Source of the DNA: a virus
Length of the DNA stretch: 64,000 bases
Virus record (IMG/VR): IMGVR_UViG_3300032334_000335
Span: 1 to 64,000 of that record
Direction: 5' to 3' (one strand)
Shown here: piece by piece, positions 17,348-26,133 of the stretch
Layout: every line of letters begins with the position of its first letter
Position numbering within the stretch: position 1 is the first letter of the stretch
Notes under the pieces: model-generated
The model's input: only the letters and a program-made list of their open reading frames with translations
What the model was told of the DNA's origin: nothing
The model's database searches: none
Program-made: the position numbers and the translations under genes

Positions 17348-18941
17348 CTTAACACCATTACAGAAAGACTATGCTGTGTATTTGCCAGCTATCAGTTCTT
17401 TCTATTCAACATATGTTGCCAAGCAACGTCTAGAAGAGTTTGTTCCTAATGATCGCATTCCGCAAGGATTTGATCGTGGCATTGAAGGCATGAACTTCTT
17501 AAATGCTGACGAAGGATACTTTACCTACAAGTATGCTTTGTATTCAGCAGGTCACGCACAACTTGATTTAGAAAAGTCAATGGAACAAGAGTCAATGATC
17601 CAACAACGTGATCGACCTAACACAATGATCTTAGGTGACTCTGGCGGATACCAGATTGGTAAAGGTGTTCTTAAGTTTGACTGGTTGAACTTTGAAGGTC
17701 CAGAAGCCAACAAGACTCGTAAAAAGATTCTCGAATGGTTAGAGTTAACTGCTGATTGGTCAATGATGCTGGACGTGCCGACTTGGGCTTGTGACCATAT
17801 TCATAGTCCAAAGACTGGATTGAAAACATTTGAAGACTGTTTGGAAAAGACACGTTTCAATAACGACTACTTCTTACAGAATCGTCTTGGTCAAACTAAG
17901 TGGCTGAATGTGCTTCAAGGCGGTGACTGGGATACTGCTGAGAAATGGTATCGTGGTGTTGTAGAGTTCAGTGATCCTAAAGGCAAGTACGCTGGCAAGG
18001 AAGCAGAAGGTTGGGCCTTCGGTGGTGCTAATATGTGTAAGATGGATATTACACTCAAGCGTCTAATGACTATGCGTGACGAAGGTATGCTTACAGGTAA
18101 GAACTGGATTCACTTCTTGGGTACAGCACAACTTGACTGGAGTTGCTACCTAACACAGATCCAACGTCAGATCCGTAAACATATTAATCCAGAACTTACT
18201 ATTAGTTTTGACTGTGCAAGTCCGTTTATTGCTACTGCTCACGGTCTTGTCTACACAAACGCACAACATACCAATAAGCGTTGGTCGGTTATTATGGACA
18301 AGGCTCCTGATAACAAAGCACTTTCAGGACGTCATGATATTCCGTTTCCGTTTGAAAGCGAGTTTGCAAGTCGTTTAACCATGGGTGACATCGCATACTA
18401 TAACTACGGTGTTCGTAAGACAGACGAAGAACTCGGCGGAGTTAAGTTTAATCATTTAAATCCAGAACACTATCACGAAGTACCTCGTCTTAATAAGCTA
18501 GGTAAGATTCCAAATAAGACTAGTTGGGATAGTTTTAGTTACGCATTGATGATGGGCCATAATGTTGAATGCCATATCAAAGCAGTTCAACGTGCTCAAC
18601 AGTTAATGGATATCGAATGTGCTAGATTTAAGCCAGATTGGCGCACTTGGGGTCTTGAAGGTAAGAAAGAAATCGAGTTTAGTGACTGGGTTCCACGTAA
18701 GATTCTATACTTTGGTACATTTGTTGAAGAACTGTTTAATACTAAGACCAAATCAGAAGCATTTGATATGATTGAGACTGCCGGACAGTTCTTAAAATCA
18801 CTGGAAGGTGCTCGACTACAAGGTGGCCCTGCTGCTAATACATTTGGTAGTTTATTTGATTTTGACGATGGCAAGAAATCCACTGAGATTGATTTTGCAA
18901 ATCCGGACGATGATGACCTAAATAGTCTTGTAGCTGAATAA
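17331..18941 (+). CDS. dpdA: TGT-fold guanine transglycosylase, DpdA-like (DNA 7-deazaguanine insertion)
   Basis: DSGGYQ, MLD, VLQG, GWAFGG, HFLG and ISFD motifs of the TGT barrel; folE/queE nearby. Confidence 0.8.
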   Translation: MKQPVNLTPLQKDYAVYLPAISSFYSTYVAKQRLEEFVPNDRIPQGFDRGIEGMNFLNADEGYFTYKYALYSAGHAQLDLEKSMEQESMIQQRDRPNTMILGDSGGYQIGKGVLKFDWLNFEGPEANKTRKKILEWLELTADWSMMLDVPTWACDHIHSPKTGLKTFEDCLEKTRFNNDYFLQNRLGQTKWLNVLQGGDWDTAEKWYRGVVEFSDPKGKYAGKEAEGWAFGGANMCKMDITLKRLMTMRDEGMLTGKNWIHFLGTAQLDWSCYLTQIQRQIRKHINPELTISFDCASPFIATAHGLVYTNAQHTNKRWSVIMDKAPDNKALSGRHDIPFPFESEFASRLTMGDIAYYNYGVRKTDEELGGVKFNHLNPEHYHEVPRLNKLGKIPNKTSWDSFSYALMMGHNVECHIKAVQRAQQLMDIECARFKPDWRTWGLEGKKEIEFSDWVPRKILYFGTFVEELFNTKTKSEAFDMIETAGQFLKSLEGARLQGGPAANTFGSLFDFDDGKKSTEIDFANPDDDDLNSLVAE

Positions 18942-18951
18942 GGAGAATGTT

Positions 18952-19137
18952 ATGTATGAGCTTCGAATCAAACATTTGGAAGATGCACACCGTGCTTTGG
19001 ACAAACAAATTGATACTTTGGAAAAAAATGGCTTGTTTGAAGATCTAAAGTTAGAGAAATTGAAGAAAGAAAGGTTGCTCTTAAAGGACAAACTTGCTAT
19101 ACTAAAGCGTAAACAAGAACTCCACACACAGGCGTAA
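18952..19137 (+). CDS. DUF465/YdcH-like coiled-coil protein
   Basis: HRALDKQI...LKKERLLLKDKL pattern. Confidence 0.65.
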   Translation: MYELRIKHLEDAHRALDKQIDTLEKNGLFEDLKLEKLKKERLLLKDKLAILKRKQELHTQA

Positions 19138-19138
19138 C

Positions 19139-19342
19139 ATGGCATCATTCACCCTTAATCGAACACAAGTTGAAAAACTTGCTAAGATGGCGGCACACTT
19201 CAAGGAAGTAGATTGGTTCGTCCTTGAGGAAACACATACAAGCGGCATTGGCCCTACGGTCACTGTCAAGTTCAATCTTTTCAACGATGATGACAAAGAC
19301 ATTGACACCACCGTTGATATCACCGATGTGAGTACCTGGTAA
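19139..19342 (+). CDS. Hypothetical protein
   Basis: 67 aa ending DITDVSTW. Confidence 0.6.
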   Translation: MASFTLNRTQVEKLAKMAAHFKEVDWFVLEETHTSGIGPTVTVKFNLFNDDDKDIDTTVDITDVSTW

Positions 19343-19806
19343 TGAAACAAGAACTAGACGCATTGCTATGCGAGAAGTATCCTAAGATGATGGTTAACCG
19401 CAACAAGAACATGCAGGAAACTTGTATGTGTTGGGGCTTTGAATGCGGTGATGGTTGGTTTAATATTCTTGATCAACTGATGGGCAATATTCAACATCAT
19501 ATTGATTGGAAGAATCGAAAAGAAGAAGTTGTTCCACAAGTGACCCTAGATCAAGTTAAAGAAAAGTTTGGCACACTGCGTTTCTACTACCAAGGCGGTG
19601 ATGACTACATCAGCGGTCTTGTTAGCATGGCAGAATCAATGTCGGGTATCACCTGCGAAGGCTGTGGTGCTCAAGCTAAGACAAACTGGCCTAAAGCTGA
19701 GAATGGCGGCATCGGTGGCTGGGTTCGTACCATATGTGCTCCTTGCGAAACTAAGCGTGAAGAAGAACGTGCCAAATATATGAAATCACAAGGATTCGAA
19801 GAATGA
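19342..19806 (+). CDS. Hypothetical phage protein with Zn-ribbon
   Basis: ECGDGW, QVKEKFGTLRFY, CEGCG...CAPC. Confidence 0.7.
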   Translation: MKQELDALLCEKYPKMMVNRNKNMQETCMCWGFECGDGWFNILDQLMGNIQHHIDWKNRKEEVVPQVTLDQVKEKFGTLRFYYQGGDDYISGLVSMAESMSGITCEGCGAQAKTNWPKAENGGIGGWVRTICAPCETKREEERAKYMKSQGFEE

Positions 19807-19991
19807 AGTGCGACCTATGCGGTAAGGAGTATGACTCCGAGTGTGATTATCGGCAGGGTCGCTGCCCTCATCACCCATCAATGGTAGATAGTATTTTAGC
19901 TGATCCGTATAAAGCAAGATACTATAATCTTTTACAATCAATCAAAAACTTTTTCACAAAGAAAGACTGCGACTGCGGTCACAATCACTAA
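19803..19991 (+). CDS. Small Cys-rich hypothetical protein
   Basis: CDLC..C..CPH; coupled ORF. Confidence 0.55.
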   Translation: MKCDLCGKEYDSECDYRQGRCPHHPSMVDSILADPYKARYYNLLQSIKNFFTKKDCDCGHNH

Positions 19992-20548
19992 TGAAACGAA
20001 ACTATAACACAGGCGTTGAAGAAGCTGTAACATTCTTCACAGGTATAGAGATTGAAAAGACTCCTGCTTACGGAATGAAAACTCTATTTGTAGTAGGTGT
20101 TCACGATCCTTATACAATTTTAGATATTGTAAAAGAATCTAGATCATATAACGACGAATCTAAACATATTACACACATTTACTTTGGTGCCAATCAAAGT
20201 TTTAAGACTAACGGTGTCAATGATATTGAAACTTGGCGTCCTTGGGAAAATATGATCTATGTCTGCCTAGACAGCGAGTATGATCTTTGGTGTACACTTG
20301 ACTTCGATGTTCGTGAAGTAGAAGGCTTATTGGAAAGTGGCTTAACTGAGAAGCGTCAGTTTATTCCGCAGATTTCGGTTAAACTGCCCTATTTACAACA
20401 GCTGGGATATAATGCTACAATAAAGCTAGACGACAAAGATTTTAAAGCGACAAATCACGGAGTGTGGTGCCATAACCTCCATGACCTACTAGATAGAAAT
20501 AAGTTTACTAGTTGGGATCAATATGGTAAAGATGAGATTATCAAATGA
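19991..20548 (+). CDS. Hypothetical alpha/beta protein in the deazaguanine region
   Basis: 185 aa; TLFVVG, HIYFGANQSF, TIKLDD, NHGVWC. Confidence 0.7.
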   Translation: MKRNYNTGVEEAVTFFTGIEIEKTPAYGMKTLFVVGVHDPYTILDIVKESRSYNDESKHITHIYFGANQSFKTNGVNDIETWRPWENMIYVCLDSEYDLWCTLDFDVREVEGLLESGLTEKRQFIPQISVKLPYLQQLGYNATIKLDDKDFKATNHGVWCHNLHDLLDRNKFTSWDQYGKDEIIK

Positions 20549-20922
20549 GTGGTGGATACGCAGTAGCATCAACAGCAAAGCAGAGACGCATTCCTAGGAT
20601 CTCTAGTAATCGCGGTCCTCGGCCAAGACAATACATAGAAAAAAACACAATGAAACTAACATTCAAACAAAGACTACGCAACTGGTTGCTTAATGACGGC
20701 GACGATTTCGAACAAATGTCTGAAGACTGCGAAGGTCCAGAACTACATTCTCAAGGATTTCGCTTACAAGTTTACGGTGCCAGTGGCGGCACTATTGTAG
20801 AAACTACCAAGTACGACCGTAAGAGTGATGAGAATCGTCACAGTCTACACGTAGTCACTGAGGATAAAGACCTTGGTGAAGAACTAGCTAAAATCATCAC
20901 TATGGAACAGTTACGCTCATGA
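20545..20922 (+). CDS. Hypothetical protein
   Basis: 125-aa coupled ORF. Confidence 0.65.
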   Translation: MSGGYAVASTAKQRRIPRISSNRGPRPRQYIEKNTMKLTFKQRLRNWLLNDGDDFEQMSEDCEGPELHSQGFRLQVYGASGGTIVETTKYDRKSDENRHSLHVVTEDKDLGEELAKIITMEQLRS

Positions 20923-21314
20923 TTATCAAACAAGACATCCGACCACTTAAAATGATATGGGTCACTTTCCGCAAGGAAGGCATTCATAAATATCCTGCGG
21001 CACTAACAGATCCAAATCTAGCTACAGGAGACGAATATGATGTATCGTTTTTGGGTTATCCTCATCGCCACATCTTTCATTTCCGGGTGTGGATCAATGT
21101 GCTCCATAATGACAGGGACATCGAGTTCATCCAGTTCAAACGATGGCTCGAGTCGCTGTATAATGGTCAAGGTTCCGTTCTGAGCCTAGACTATAAAAGT
21201 TGCGAAATGATGTCAGATGATCTACATGACATCATTAGCAAGAAGTATCCAGGTCGTGAGATTTGGATTGAGGTCTCCGAAGACGGAGAAAATGGTTCAT
21301 TTATTAAGTACTAA
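20919..21314 (+). CDS. T-fold QueD-like protein of DpdL type
   Basis: EGIH, LGYPHRHIF (LxxxHRHxF instead of QueD CxxxHGH), SCEM, VSEDGENG. Confidence 0.7.
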   Translation: MIIKQDIRPLKMIWVTFRKEGIHKYPAALTDPNLATGDEYDVSFLGYPHRHIFHFRVWINVLHNDRDIEFIQFKRWLESLYNGQGSVLSLDYKSCEMMSDDLHDIISKKYPGREIWIEVSEDGENGSFIKY

Positions 21315-21332
21315 CTAGAAGAAGAGGCTGCA

Positions 21333-21599
21333 ATGGCTAAGAACTACAAGGATTATTCCTATTTTGAAAACCGCCCAGATGTTGTCAAGGTCTTTGATGA
21401 TCTTGATGCATACTTGGATTACTGCAGAATTGAACTCTGCGATTTTAACCCAGCAGATCTTTATCGCAAAGATTCTGCAAACTATCAGGCTTACCTACAA
21501 AGTAAGCGACCACGCCGGCCTTGGGTAGATCGAGGCGAACGTAAACCTTACCAAGGTAAAAATCCAAGGCCATATAACAATGACCGTTTTTCTCGTTGA
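21333..21599 (+). CDS. Hypothetical protein
   Basis: 88 aa; GAGG SD; basic C-terminus. Confidence 0.65.
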   Translation: MAKNYKDYSYFENRPDVVKVFDDLDAYLDYCRIELCDFNPADLYRKDSANYQAYLQSKRPRRPWVDRGERKPYQGKNPRPYNNDRFSR

Positions 21600-22677
21600 T
21601 CTAGAAGCAGTCGAGACAAGGTACACGGGACAATGGAAGTCCCATGTACCAGCTCTTTTACGAAAGGTGTCTAACGATGTTCAAGTTATCTCTGGCCCTA
21701 CGGATATTCCTACAGCCACTACTCCTGGTGCTTTCCTTAATTTTGGTGGCACCAATATATACAAGTCTGCTCAAGTTGAGCAAATCGGCAGGCTATTTTG
21801 CAACGGAGCCGTTCATCCCGGCGATCACTTTATTTTTACTGATGCTTGGCATCCTGGTATCATAAACTTAAAGTACATGAGTGAACTGTTGCAGATTCCT
21901 GTAACAACACACGGCTTATGGCATGCTGGTAGTTATGATCCTCAAGACTTCCTAGGTCGACTCGTTGGCAATAAGCCTTGGGTCAGACACGCTGAGAAGA
22001 GTTTCTTCCATGCGTTTGATCATAACTACTTTGCTACAAACTTTCACATTGAAATGTTTATTAAAAATCTACTCAATGATGAGTTGTTTGAAAATCCTTG
22101 GATGGAAGATCATCTTGCAGAAGCACTGAGAGGCGAATGTCCTAATATAGTGCGTACTGGTTGGCCAATGGAGTATATGGAAGATACCTTAATCATGTAC
22201 AAGAACATGAAGAAGCGTGATCTTATTTTATTTCCGCATCGCATCGCACCAGAGAAGCAGGTTGAAATCTTCCGTGATCTAAAAGAACACTTACCGCAAT
22301 ATGAGTTTGTTGTTTGTCAAGATCAACAACTAACAAAGAATGAATATCATAACTTGTTAGGTGAGGCTAAACTAGTGTTTAGTGCTAACTTGCAAGAAAC
22401 ATTGGGCATTAGTTGGTATGAAGGTGCGGTAGTTGATGCTATTCCTATGGTTCCGGATAGACTTAGTTACAGCGAAATGGCACATGATACATTTAAGTAT
22501 CCAAGTGAGTGGACGGAATCGTTTGAAGCATATACTGTACATCGTAAAGAAATCTGTATGAAGATTATACAGTATATAGAAAACTACGTAAAGTATTTGC
22601 CAAGCCTAAATAAACAGGTATATGATTTAAAAGAAAACTTTTTTAGTTGCAATAACCTGCTAGAGAAGTTAAAATAA
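21580..22677 (+). CDS. GT-B fold (GT4-like) glycosyltransferase
   Basis: FPHRIAPEKQ and SANLQETLGISWYEG (ExxGxxxxE) donor-binding motifs. Confidence 0.8.
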   Translation: MTVFLVDLEAVETRYTGQWKSHVPALLRKVSNDVQVISGPTDIPTATTPGAFLNFGGTNIYKSAQVEQIGRLFCNGAVHPGDHFIFTDAWHPGIINLKYMSELLQIPVTTHGLWHAGSYDPQDFLGRLVGNKPWVRHAEKSFFHAFDHNYFATNFHIEMFIKNLLNDELFENPWMEDHLAEALRGECPNIVRTGWPMEYMEDTLIMYKNMKKRDLILFPHRIAPEKQVEIFRDLKEHLPQYEFVVCQDQQLTKNEYHNLLGEAKLVFSANLQETLGISWYEGAVVDAIPMVPDRLSYSEMAHDTFKYPSEWTESFEAYTVHRKEICMKIIQYIENYVKYLPSLNKQVYDLKENFFSCNNLLEKLK

Positions 22678-22716
22678 ACAATATGTCATCCACGACATTA
22701 ACTCGGAGAATATTAA

Positions 22717-23541
22717 TTGACAAAAGATTTTAAACCAGATCCAATAATGAACACACCTGACAACAGGGAGTTTGTTAAGGATGAATATCAGCCTTTGGGG
22801 AAAGAAGTATATGTTAAGGCTGCAGACATGATGTCTGATAAAGGTTACCAAGAAGCTAATCTAGCAGATGCTATTCGCTTCAAACTGAAACGTGATAAGA
22901 AACGTTTCTGGGCTGGTGACAATATCAGTGATTATATCAGTGAAGAAGATAAAGACGTTCTAATCAAAGAAGCAACTGAAGCATTTGAAAAAGTACTCGA
23001 TACGTTGCTTATTGATCGTGAGACTGATCCTAACAGCAAAGGCACTGCCAAGCGCCTTGCTAAAATGTACTTTAACGAAATAATGGCAGGTAGATATGAT
23101 CCAGCACCAGACGCTACAGCGTTTCCAAATGATTCGCAGGACCGTTATGAGGGTATGCTCGTTGTTCGCAGTGAGCTTCGGAGTATGTGTAGCCATCATC
23201 ACCAACCCGTTACTGGCGTTGCTTATATTGGTATTTTGGCTGCTAACAAACTTATTGGACTATCCAAGTACACACGTATTGCCCAATGGTGTGCCCGTCG
23301 AGGTACTCTCCAGGAGGAGCTTTGTAATGATATTGCTAGGGAAATACAAAAAGCCACTGACTCAGAGAATGTAGCAGTCTATATCCAAGCGACACATGGA
23401 TGCTGTGAGAATCGTGGTATTATGGCACATAGTAGCTTAACACAGACTACAGTACTCAAAGGTGCGTTCAAAGACGACGGTAATACTAAGAAAGAGTTTT
23501 TTGATAATATTAAACTACAACAAGAGTTTGCGCCACGTTAA
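22717..23541 (+). CDS. folE: GTP cyclohydrolase I with N-terminal extension, TTG start
   Basis: SMCSHHHQP, GLSKYTRI, LQE, HGCCENRG. Confidence 0.95.
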   Translation: MTKDFKPDPIMNTPDNREFVKDEYQPLGKEVYVKAADMMSDKGYQEANLADAIRFKLKRDKKRFWAGDNISDYISEEDKDVLIKEATEAFEKVLDTLLIDRETDPNSKGTAKRLAKMYFNEIMAGRYDPAPDATAFPNDSQDRYEGMLVVRSELRSMCSHHHQPVTGVAYIGILAANKLIGLSKYTRIAQWCARRGTLQEELCNDIAREIQKATDSENVAVYIQATHGCCENRGIMAHSSLTQTTVLKGAFKDDGNTKKEFFDNIKLQQEFAPR

Positions 23542-23551
23542 GGAGAACATA

Positions 23552-23785
23552 ATGAAAACGTTTGATACATTTGAAGAAGTAGTCGGAATGATGCATTGCA
23601 TGAAAAGGCCGATTGTGGTTCATGCTAAGAAGATAGACGAGGAATTCCGTGTCAATACGCTAGAAGGCAACTATAAACAGGGAAAGCCTGGTGATTATCT
23701 TATGCGTGGTATTGATGGCGAGTTATATATTTGCGACGGACCTATATTTGAAAAAACTTATGATTTCTTAGAAGGAAAACAATGA
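23552..23785 (+). CDS. PGDYG-like small protein
   Basis: TLEG...GKPGDYLMRGIDGELY; start after AGGAG. Confidence 0.65.
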   Translation: MKTFDTFEEVVGMMHCMKRPIVVHAKKIDEEFRVNTLEGNYKQGKPGDYLMRGIDGELYICDGPIFEKTYDFLEGKQ

Positions 23786-24285
23786 GAGTCTATCGCATAA
23801 CACCACTCGAAAAGAAAAGCGTTGTATACCATGTAGAAATGTTCCGTGAAAATACGGATGGCTCTATCAGTTGGGTCAACATTGATGAGACATATCGATG
23901 GGGTCAAGGATTCATCGAAGAAGACATGGATTGTAACTTGCCGTATAAAGACAGTGATCTTGCCTACTGTGATCCTAATGCAGGTTGGGGCGCAGAACTA
24001 GACGACAGTTGTGCTTGCTGGTTTGAATACAGTGACGACTTTACCGATGAGGATAAAGAAGCGTTTGAAACAGCTTATCACGAAGGGGGTGCGGCTTGGT
24101 TGTTTGACGGTGAACACGATTGGCAAGAAGAACATTCTGCTATTCATGTACTAGCACCTTTCCAAGTTGATTTATGTGAAGCCGATGGCACAGTTATACA
24201 AGAAAACATTGAACTCAAAGATAGGCCTAACCCTAGTACAAGTTGGCCTTTTAGCGCAGCATTTCCAAAACCTGAGGAGGAATAA
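23782..24285 (+). CDS. Acidic hypothetical protein
   Basis: 167-aa D/E-rich ORF. Confidence 0.65.
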   Translation: MRVYRITPLEKKSVVYHVEMFRENTDGSISWVNIDETYRWGQGFIEEDMDCNLPYKDSDLAYCDPNAGWGAELDDSCACWFEYSDDFTDEDKEAFETAYHEGGAAWLFDGEHDWQEEHSAIHVLAPFQVDLCEADGTVIQENIELKDRPNPSTSWPFSAAFPKPEEE

Positions 24286-24503
24286 TGGAAACAGCCAAGG
24301 ATCTAACTGATCATTTGATATTCCGAGCAAAGAATATGCAGGAGTTTATTGTGGAAAGAGATTGGGATCTAATCCCTGCCGGTGTTGTTAAGTTTGATAT
24401 ACAGCACACACAAGGCGAACCTGCTCGTATATTTGTACATGCAATGACACAAGAAGAAGCAGAACGTCAAGTTGACGATTGGTTTGGAGAAGGTGTAGAA
24501 TGA
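24285..24503 (+). CDS. Hypothetical protein
   Basis: 72 aa; GAGGAGG SD. Confidence 0.6.
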   Translation: METAKDLTDHLIFRAKNMQEFIVERDWDLIPAGVVKFDIQHTQGEPARIFVHAMTQEEAERQVDDWFGEGVE

Positions 24504-24910
24504 TTAAGCCCTTACGTGACGATTTAATGGTACAACAACAAGTGGAAGATTCTTGGCAGCATTTTGTTGGCGTTATCATGCTGAACCAAACCGGACGTAA
24601 AGCAGTAAAGACCACACTTCCTGAGTTTCTATATTGGTTTCCGATGCCGCAGATACTGATAGATGCCGATCCAGATTTTGTCAAAACTATTATCAAACCA
24701 CTAGGAATGGTAAATGTTCGTTACCAGCGTTTGGTAAGAATGAGCCAAGACTACTTGACTTGGGACGGAAATGATGCTACAATGTTATATGGCATCGGAA
24801 AATATGGTTCCGATTCATATGAAATCTTTTATAAGCACAACTACACAGTTGAGCCCACTGACAAAGAACTAAAAAGATATCTAGAACAAGAGGTTTTTAA
24901 TGTTGCTTAA
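24500..24910 (+). CDS. HhH-GPD DNA glycosylase, MBD4-like
   Basis: W..F..IMLNQT, KPLG, LYGIGKYGSDSY.IF and P.D..L..Y match the MBD4 catalytic-domain layout. Confidence 0.8.
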   Translation: MIKPLRDDLMVQQQVEDSWQHFVGVIMLNQTGRKAVKTTLPEFLYWFPMPQILIDADPDFVKTIIKPLGMVNVRYQRLVRMSQDYLTWDGNDATMLYGIGKYGSDSYEIFYKHNYTVEPTDKELKRYLEQEVFNVA

Positions 24911-25382
24911 ACTATTGGACAAGTTAGGTCGTAAGCGTATTATTATGGATCGTGTTGATAACGAACCATATCTAGAACGCTATTATTTGTTCCTTAAAGA
25001 TCGCAATCGTTTTCCATTTAATATTTTTCTACATAAATTTTTAAAAGGCGATCCAGATGATGTGCATGATCATCCATGGCCCTATGCCACATTGATTTTG
25101 AAAGGTGGATATTATGAATGGATTCCGCAGTTTAATGCAGATGGTACAAAAAATTGTGAAATACGTAAATGGCGTGGACCCGGTCACTTTCGTACTTGTA
25201 GTCCTAACTCTTATCATCGTATTGAGCTTAAGCCTGGCGTGACTGCCTGGACATTGTTTATGCCCGGTCCTCATAAACGTGATTGGGGTTTCCTGGTCAA
25301 TGATAACTGGATTCAAAACGAACAATATATGAAAACAAGGAAAGAAGAAGCTTATGAAAAAGCACACAGTATCGTGGCATGA
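24900..25382 (+). CDS. Cupin-fold metalloprotein
   Basis: HDHPW...ILKGGYYE...HRIEL...WTLF. Confidence 0.7.
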   Translation: MLLKLLDKLGRKRIIMDRVDNEPYLERYYLFLKDRNRFPFNIFLHKFLKGDPDDVHDHPWPYATLILKGGYYEWIPQFNADGTKNCEIRKWRGPGHFRTCSPNSYHRIELKPGVTAWTLFMPGPHKRDWGFLVNDNWIQNEQYMKTRKEEAYEKAHSIVA

Positions 25383-25896
25383 TTTTCAAGGATTAATATC
25401 AAAGATTTGTAGAGACATCTCATTAAGCGATTGGAGACCAGACTATGTGGTAGGTATTACCCGTGGTGGTCTCCTTCCTGCAGTTATGATCAGTCATTAC
25501 TTTGATATTCCATGTCACACATTAAGTGTTCGCCTCCGTGACGGAGAAGAAGGTGCTGATACTGAAAGCAATCTTTGGATGGCAGAAGACGCATTTGGCC
25601 ATCCTATTTACGATCCTATGGCATCAGGCAGTGGTCGTAAAAATATTCTTGTTATTGATGACATCAACGACAGCGGTGCAACTATTAACTGGATCATGAA
25701 TGATTGGCCTAGCGGATGTTTTCCAGACGACCCATCATGGGAAGAAGTATGGAATAACAATGTTAGATTTGCAGTGTTGTTTGACAATCTAGACAGCAGA
25801 TGCAAAGTTGATATGGATTATGTTGGCACTGAAGTAAACAAAGCAGAAAACGATATTTGGATTGATTTTCCATTTGAAGATTGGTGGACAAAATGA
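25354..25896 (+). CDS. Type I purine phosphoribosyltransferase (Gpt-like)
   Basis: VVGITRGG, ILVIDDINDSGAT PRPP loop, WIDFPFE. Confidence 0.9.
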   Translation: MKKHTVSWHDFQGLISKICRDISLSDWRPDYVVGITRGGLLPAVMISHYFDIPCHTLSVRLRDGEEGADTESNLWMAEDAFGHPIYDPMASGSGRKNILVIDDINDSGATINWIMNDWPSGCFPDDPSWEEVWNNNVRFAVLFDNLDSRCKVDMDYVGTEVNKAENDIWIDFPFEDWWTK

Positions 25897-26132
25897 GTAC
25901 CATTACAAGGCACAGCAATACCTGTAAAGTAACACAAGCATCTAGCAACAAAACTGTCGATGCTGAAGTTATGTCTTTTAACGAAGGCCGTAACTTAACT
26001 GTTGTTATGAATAAATCAGTTAAACTGATGATGTCATGGAACGGACGTATGTATGAAGGCAGAATGGCAGGTATGGATTTTATCAGCGAAGGTCCTGCTG
26101 TAAGTAAGACACAAACAAGTGCAAGAGGTTAA
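25893..26132 (+). CDS. Hypothetical protein
   Basis: ATGA-coupled ORF beginning MSTITRH. Confidence 0.6.
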   Translation: MSTITRHSNTCKVTQASSNKTVDAEVMSFNEGRNLTVVMNKSVKLMMSWNGRMYEGRMAGMDFISEGPAVSKTQTSARG

Positions 26133-26133
26133 T

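Noticed and set aside
17331-18941. Ordinary tRNA-guanine transglycosylase (Tgt) for queuosine
   Set aside because: It lacks the CxCxxC Zn site of bacterial Tgt, is much longer, and sits beside replication genes; a DNA-acting DpdA is more likely though not proven
22678-22716. Canonical preQ1-I riboswitch before folE
   Set aside because: Loop and A-rich tail do not match the consensus; kept only as an unclassified candidate
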